Origin: an uncultured Acidobacteriota bacterium
GTDB lineage: Bacteria > Acidobacteriota > UBA6911
Length of the DNA: 64,000 nucleotides
Assembly: GCA_963809485.1 (NCBI GenBank)
Contig: CAWEJX010000007.1
Location: 726,673 to 790,672, forward strand
Direction of reading: 5' to 3'
The position numbers and the translations under genes are program-made. Under the pieces are notes generated by a model. It made no database searches. It was not told where the DNA came from and saw nothing but the letters and a program-made list of their open reading frames with translations. Below are positions 61,427 to 64,000 of the stretch, in pieces; position 1 is the stretch's first letter; every line of letters starts with the position of its first letter.

Positions 61427-61452
61427 GTGAGGACGGGTCTCCAGACCCGTCC
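61427..61452. repeat. Family C REP-like hairpin
   Basis: gtgaggacgggtctccagacccgtcc. Confidence 0.85.
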
Positions 61453-61665
61453 TCCTCCTGTGGCTAATAAATCCGGCATCGTGGCCCCGACAAAGGTGCT
61501 TGATTAGCAGGGCGAGCATGGAGGCAGTCGTTAAACATGAAGCATTGACAGCTCTGGAGACCCTGTCTTAAAAATCGAAAGGGAATCGATCTGAGGGCCG
61601 AATGCCCGGCACTTAATGCGTGTGCCGCCCTCACCAGGAATGGCGCAAACCGCTCCGTGCAACGT

Positions 61666-61911
61666 TCAACGTTTCTTGGTTTCTCTCATCCACTGCGTGA
61701 GGTCATCGATCGAGGAGAAATCGAGCAGCGCTTCTGCGAGGCTTTCGAGTTTCCGGGTGGAGAGTTTGCGGACCGCTTTCTCCTGTGAAGTGGACAAAGC
61801 CCCCAGTCGCCGGGCGAGCAGTTTTATAACAATCTCCGCTTCACCTTCCCGCCGACCTTGCCGCAGACCCTCATACTTTCCCATTTCAATAAACGGATTT
61901 GTCAGATTCAT
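61666..61911 (-). CDS. Stand-alone Rpn C-terminal (DUF4351-like) 81-aa protein
   Basis: MNLTNPFIEMG..TQWMRETKKR preceded by AGAGAGG-cggtt-ATG; the Rpn homology stops ~25 nt upstream of this ATG. Confidence 0.7.
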   Translation of the reverse strand: MNLTNPFIEMGKYEGLRQGRREGEAEIVIKLLARRLGALSTSQEKAVRKLSTRKLESLAEALLDFSSIDDLTQWMRETKKR

Positions 61912-61934
61912 AACCGCCTCTCTTGCGGAATCTG

Positions 61935-62148
61935 GACTCAAATTTGCTTCGTGGGAGACCGGACTGCCGGATTATGGATAGAAGTGTTCCCAATCGAAGC
62001 TCAGCATGGTCGGGCACGGGAACGGTGACTGTTGTATCGGGAAGAGCTTTTTGCATTACGATGTGAATGCCTCGCCTGCGCACTTCCGTGAACCCATGGT
62101 GTGCGAGGATCAAACCTGCATCCCTGAGAGGATGCGCAGCTTACCCAA
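61935..62148 (-). pseudogene. hicA: HicA toxin, frameshifted
   Basis: TTG start GKLRILSGMQV then TGA; continues in another frame as ILAHHGFTEVRRRGIHIVM..VPVPDH..GTLLSIIRQSGL; 3' end runs into the Rpn fragment. Confidence 0.8.
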
Positions 62149-62362
62149 CGGCTACCTCCAGGCGTGTGATGTAAATCCCCTCGTGCAGTCGCTGGTTGAT
62201 CTCTTGAGGTGAGGCGGACTCGAAAAAGAGCTCGACAGCTTCGCGAAGATTGTCGCGCGCAGACTGGATTGTGTCTCCCTGACTGGCAATGTCCAATTCC
62301 GGACAATGGGCAACGTATCCGTTTCCTTCGCGTTCTATGATAGCTGTAAGTTCCTTGGTCAC
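62141..62362 (-). CDS. hicB: HicB family antitoxin
   Basis: TAIIEREGNGYVAHCPELDIASQGDTIQSARDNLREAVELF. Confidence 0.92.
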   Translation of the reverse strand: MTKELTAIIEREGNGYVAHCPELDIASQGDTIQSARDNLREAVELFFESASPQEINQRLHEGIYITRLEVAVG

Positions 62363-62445
62363 TTAAAACGCCTCCCTTCGGCATTGCTGTAGACTGAAGT
62401 GCGGCGGGATGTCACGACTCGATGATAACTTTAGCATGAAATGCT

Positions 62446-62620
62446 GCTGATTTACGCTGAGAAACGCGGAATAACGCTCATCAGGAATTTGTTTTTGTCG
62501 GCGTTTGTCGGCGGCGTTCAGCGTTCGTCAGCGTTAAATTATTTCCTTCCCGACCGCCACCATGCCACCCCTACGAAACATCCCGAGCGCCGTGCAACGT
62601 TCAAACGTTCCAACGTTCAA
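62446..62620. repeat. ~165-bp conserved downstream module, copy 2
   Basis: Similar to 58374-58540. Confidence 0.85.
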
Positions 62621-62627
62621 CCTCTTC

Positions 62628-62828
62628 TCACGCCACTTCAAATTGCATCTGCTTGAGGCTGGCCAATGGGATGCGGTTTTTAACGCGGAGGACTTCAACG
62701 CCGACGACTTCATTCTGCTTATTGAAATCGAGGATAATGCCCGGGTGCACTTCCTCGGATTCCACCACCTCGGACTCATCGAACCTGAGGTAGATTGCGT
62801 CGGCCTTCTCGTCGAACTGGACTCTCAT
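62628..62828 (-). CDS. DUF2283 domain protein (putative antitoxin)
   Basis: MRVQFDEKADAIYLRF..ESEEV..IILDF..VVGVEVL. Confidence 0.88.
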   Translation of the reverse strand: MRVQFDEKADAIYLRFDESEVVESEEVHPGIILDFNKQNEVVGVEVLRVKNRIPLASLKQMQFEVA

Positions 62829-63100
62829 AATATCCTGCCGGCTTTGCGATCAAAGAATGCGGTAATTACGGCCCACGGCTTCACGGTTTCATTATAAACC
62901 ACCCGAAGTATCCTGTCAGCCCGTTCCGGAATGCGTCCAAGGGCGTGGCATAAATCCGGATCTTCCCGATCCTTCTCTATTCGCAGAGGATGTTCAAGCA
63001 CTCGACGGATCCAGGATGTCGATATGCCCCGTTCGACTATCATTTTTTGAGCGTGTGCCGTAAGATGGAAACCTGCGCTACCGTTATTGGTGTTTCTCAC
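62825..63100 (-). CDS. DUF4258 domain protein (putative toxin)
   Basis: LTAHAQKMIVERGI..RILRVVYN..VITAFFDR; overlaps DUF2283 (ATGA). Confidence 0.85.
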   Translation of the reverse strand: MRNTNNGSAGFHLTAHAQKMIVERGISTSWIRRVLEHPLRIEKDREDPDLCHALGRIPERADRILRVVYNETVKPWAVITAFFDRKAGRIL

Positions 63101-63155
63101 ACCAACATTGTTTCATCCGGCCTCGTTTTATCTCACCGAAATGAAGAATATTTTA

Positions 63156-63275
63156 GTGAGGCCGGGTCTCCAGCCCCGTCCTGTAAGAAAATGAATAGTG
63201 AGGACGGGTCTCCAGATCCGTCCGGTAAACGCTAACCAGCCATTCCCCCATCGGACGGCTCTGGAGAACTGTCCT
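63156..63275. repeat. Family C REP-like cluster (two direct plus one inverted)
   Basis: gtgaggccgggtctccagccccgtcc-tgtaagaaaatgaata-gtgaggacgggtctccagatccgtcc..; same architecture as 35382-35507. Confidence 0.8.
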
Positions 63276-63325
63276 TCACATGAAATGGCGGGAGCTGCTC
63301 CGTTCAACGTTCAAATCTGTCTGTG

Positions 63326-63527
63326 TTAGGGCAAGAGTTCAATCAGTTTGTCTCCTGCCGCCAGCCTTTGCAGGATAGAATCAAGGGCAGATGAAAAGGT
63401 GATCAGCAATGGCTTGATCGGGGGCCTGATCAAGGTTGAGATCCGATACATGACGCGCCTCAAAACCGCTCTCCTCGAGGAATGCTCTGAGGGCAATGGG
63501 AAGTTGTTGGTCTATGAGGAACTTCAT
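63326..63527 (-). pseudogene. DUF5615 PIN toxin copy with a 131-bp internal deletion
   Basis: gatcagcaat|ggcttgatc junction, compared with 59740-59882 in the intact copy. Confidence 0.9.
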
Positions 63528-63766
63528 CCTACCTTCAGGAGTGTATGATTGGATTGAGCGGCGGCATAGGCGAGGGCAGCTCGAATATCATCCGCTTCCA
63601 GGAACTCGTAGTCCGCGAGTATCTCCTCTTCGGTCGCACCGGATGCCAGCAACTCGAGCACATCACTTACGCGCATGCGCATTCCCCGAATGCATGGTCG
63701 TCCCCCACATTTGCCGGGCTCTATAGTAATTCTGTCCAAAAGTCTTTCTGAATCCTTCATTGGCAT
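63524..63766 (-). CDS. DUF433 antitoxin, duplicate copy
   Basis: Same protein sequence as 59995-60237. Confidence 0.9.
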   Translation of the reverse strand: MPMKDSERLLDRITIEPGKCGGRPCIRGMRMRVSDVLELLASGATEEEILADYEFLEADDIRAALAYAAAQSNHTLLKVG

Positions 63767-64000
63767 ATTATACCCCACTCCGAACAATGGGATCGTGCGG
63801 ATCATGCTTGCTATAAATACATAAAGTTACGAATTGAAAAATAATCGGCGGCCTTTTTAGGCGTCTTTTCTACGTGGCAACATCCATAACTTTTACTTCC
63901 CGAGCTTTTTCCAATCCGCCCCATCAGCACATCCCGAGCGCCGTGCAACGTTCAAACATGCCAACGTTCAACGTTTCCTGTTGTCTCTCATCCACTGCGT

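Larger units (their letters stand above)
63196..64000. repeat. Segmental duplication of ~59536-60471
   Basis: Near-identical at offset 3660, then 3529 after a 131-bp deletion; runs off the window into a further Rpn 3' end (63968-64000). Confidence 0.92.

Noticed and set aside
57206-64000. Classical integron cassette array
   Set aside because: I could not find consistent RYYYAAC/GTTRRRY attC pairs after each gene, and there is no integrase in the window.

Overview
GC-rich bacterial window. An Acidobacteriota-like origin is my guess from gene content only. Bases 1-20 kb hold housekeeping and envelope genes: chrA 5' end, amrS, anSME, an IMPase, mutS2, argF, qor, GT4/wzx/sugar transferase, a GGR-family reductase and an O-antigen-ligase-TPR protein. 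Bases 20.4-27.3 kb are a pentose (ara-like) operon broken by many frameshifts. Bases 27-48 kb encode an AKR, an S9 peptidase, an RND pump, VanZ, GxxExxY, fcl/gmd, an ABC exporter, a MauE-2xTrx fusion and two Tat-type Cys-rich proteins. Bases 48.5-64 kb are a dense toxin-antitoxin/Rpn island with an embedded AMP-ligase/ACP/2xNadE/SDR-GNAT module and local duplications. Nearly every intergenic gap holds one of three short repeat families: (A) ~100-bp palindromes of ACGCYGA(C) units, (B) AACGTT 7-8-mer arrays, (C) REP-like GTGAGGACGG..CCGTCC hairpins. The strongest observation is that one family-A element has its AT-rich spacer replaced by a GxxExxY PD-(D/E)XK nuclease gene. This suggests an autonomous element plus ~25 non-autonomous copies that sit preferentially at gene ends. 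No rRNA, tRNA, CRISPR array or DDE transposase was seen.
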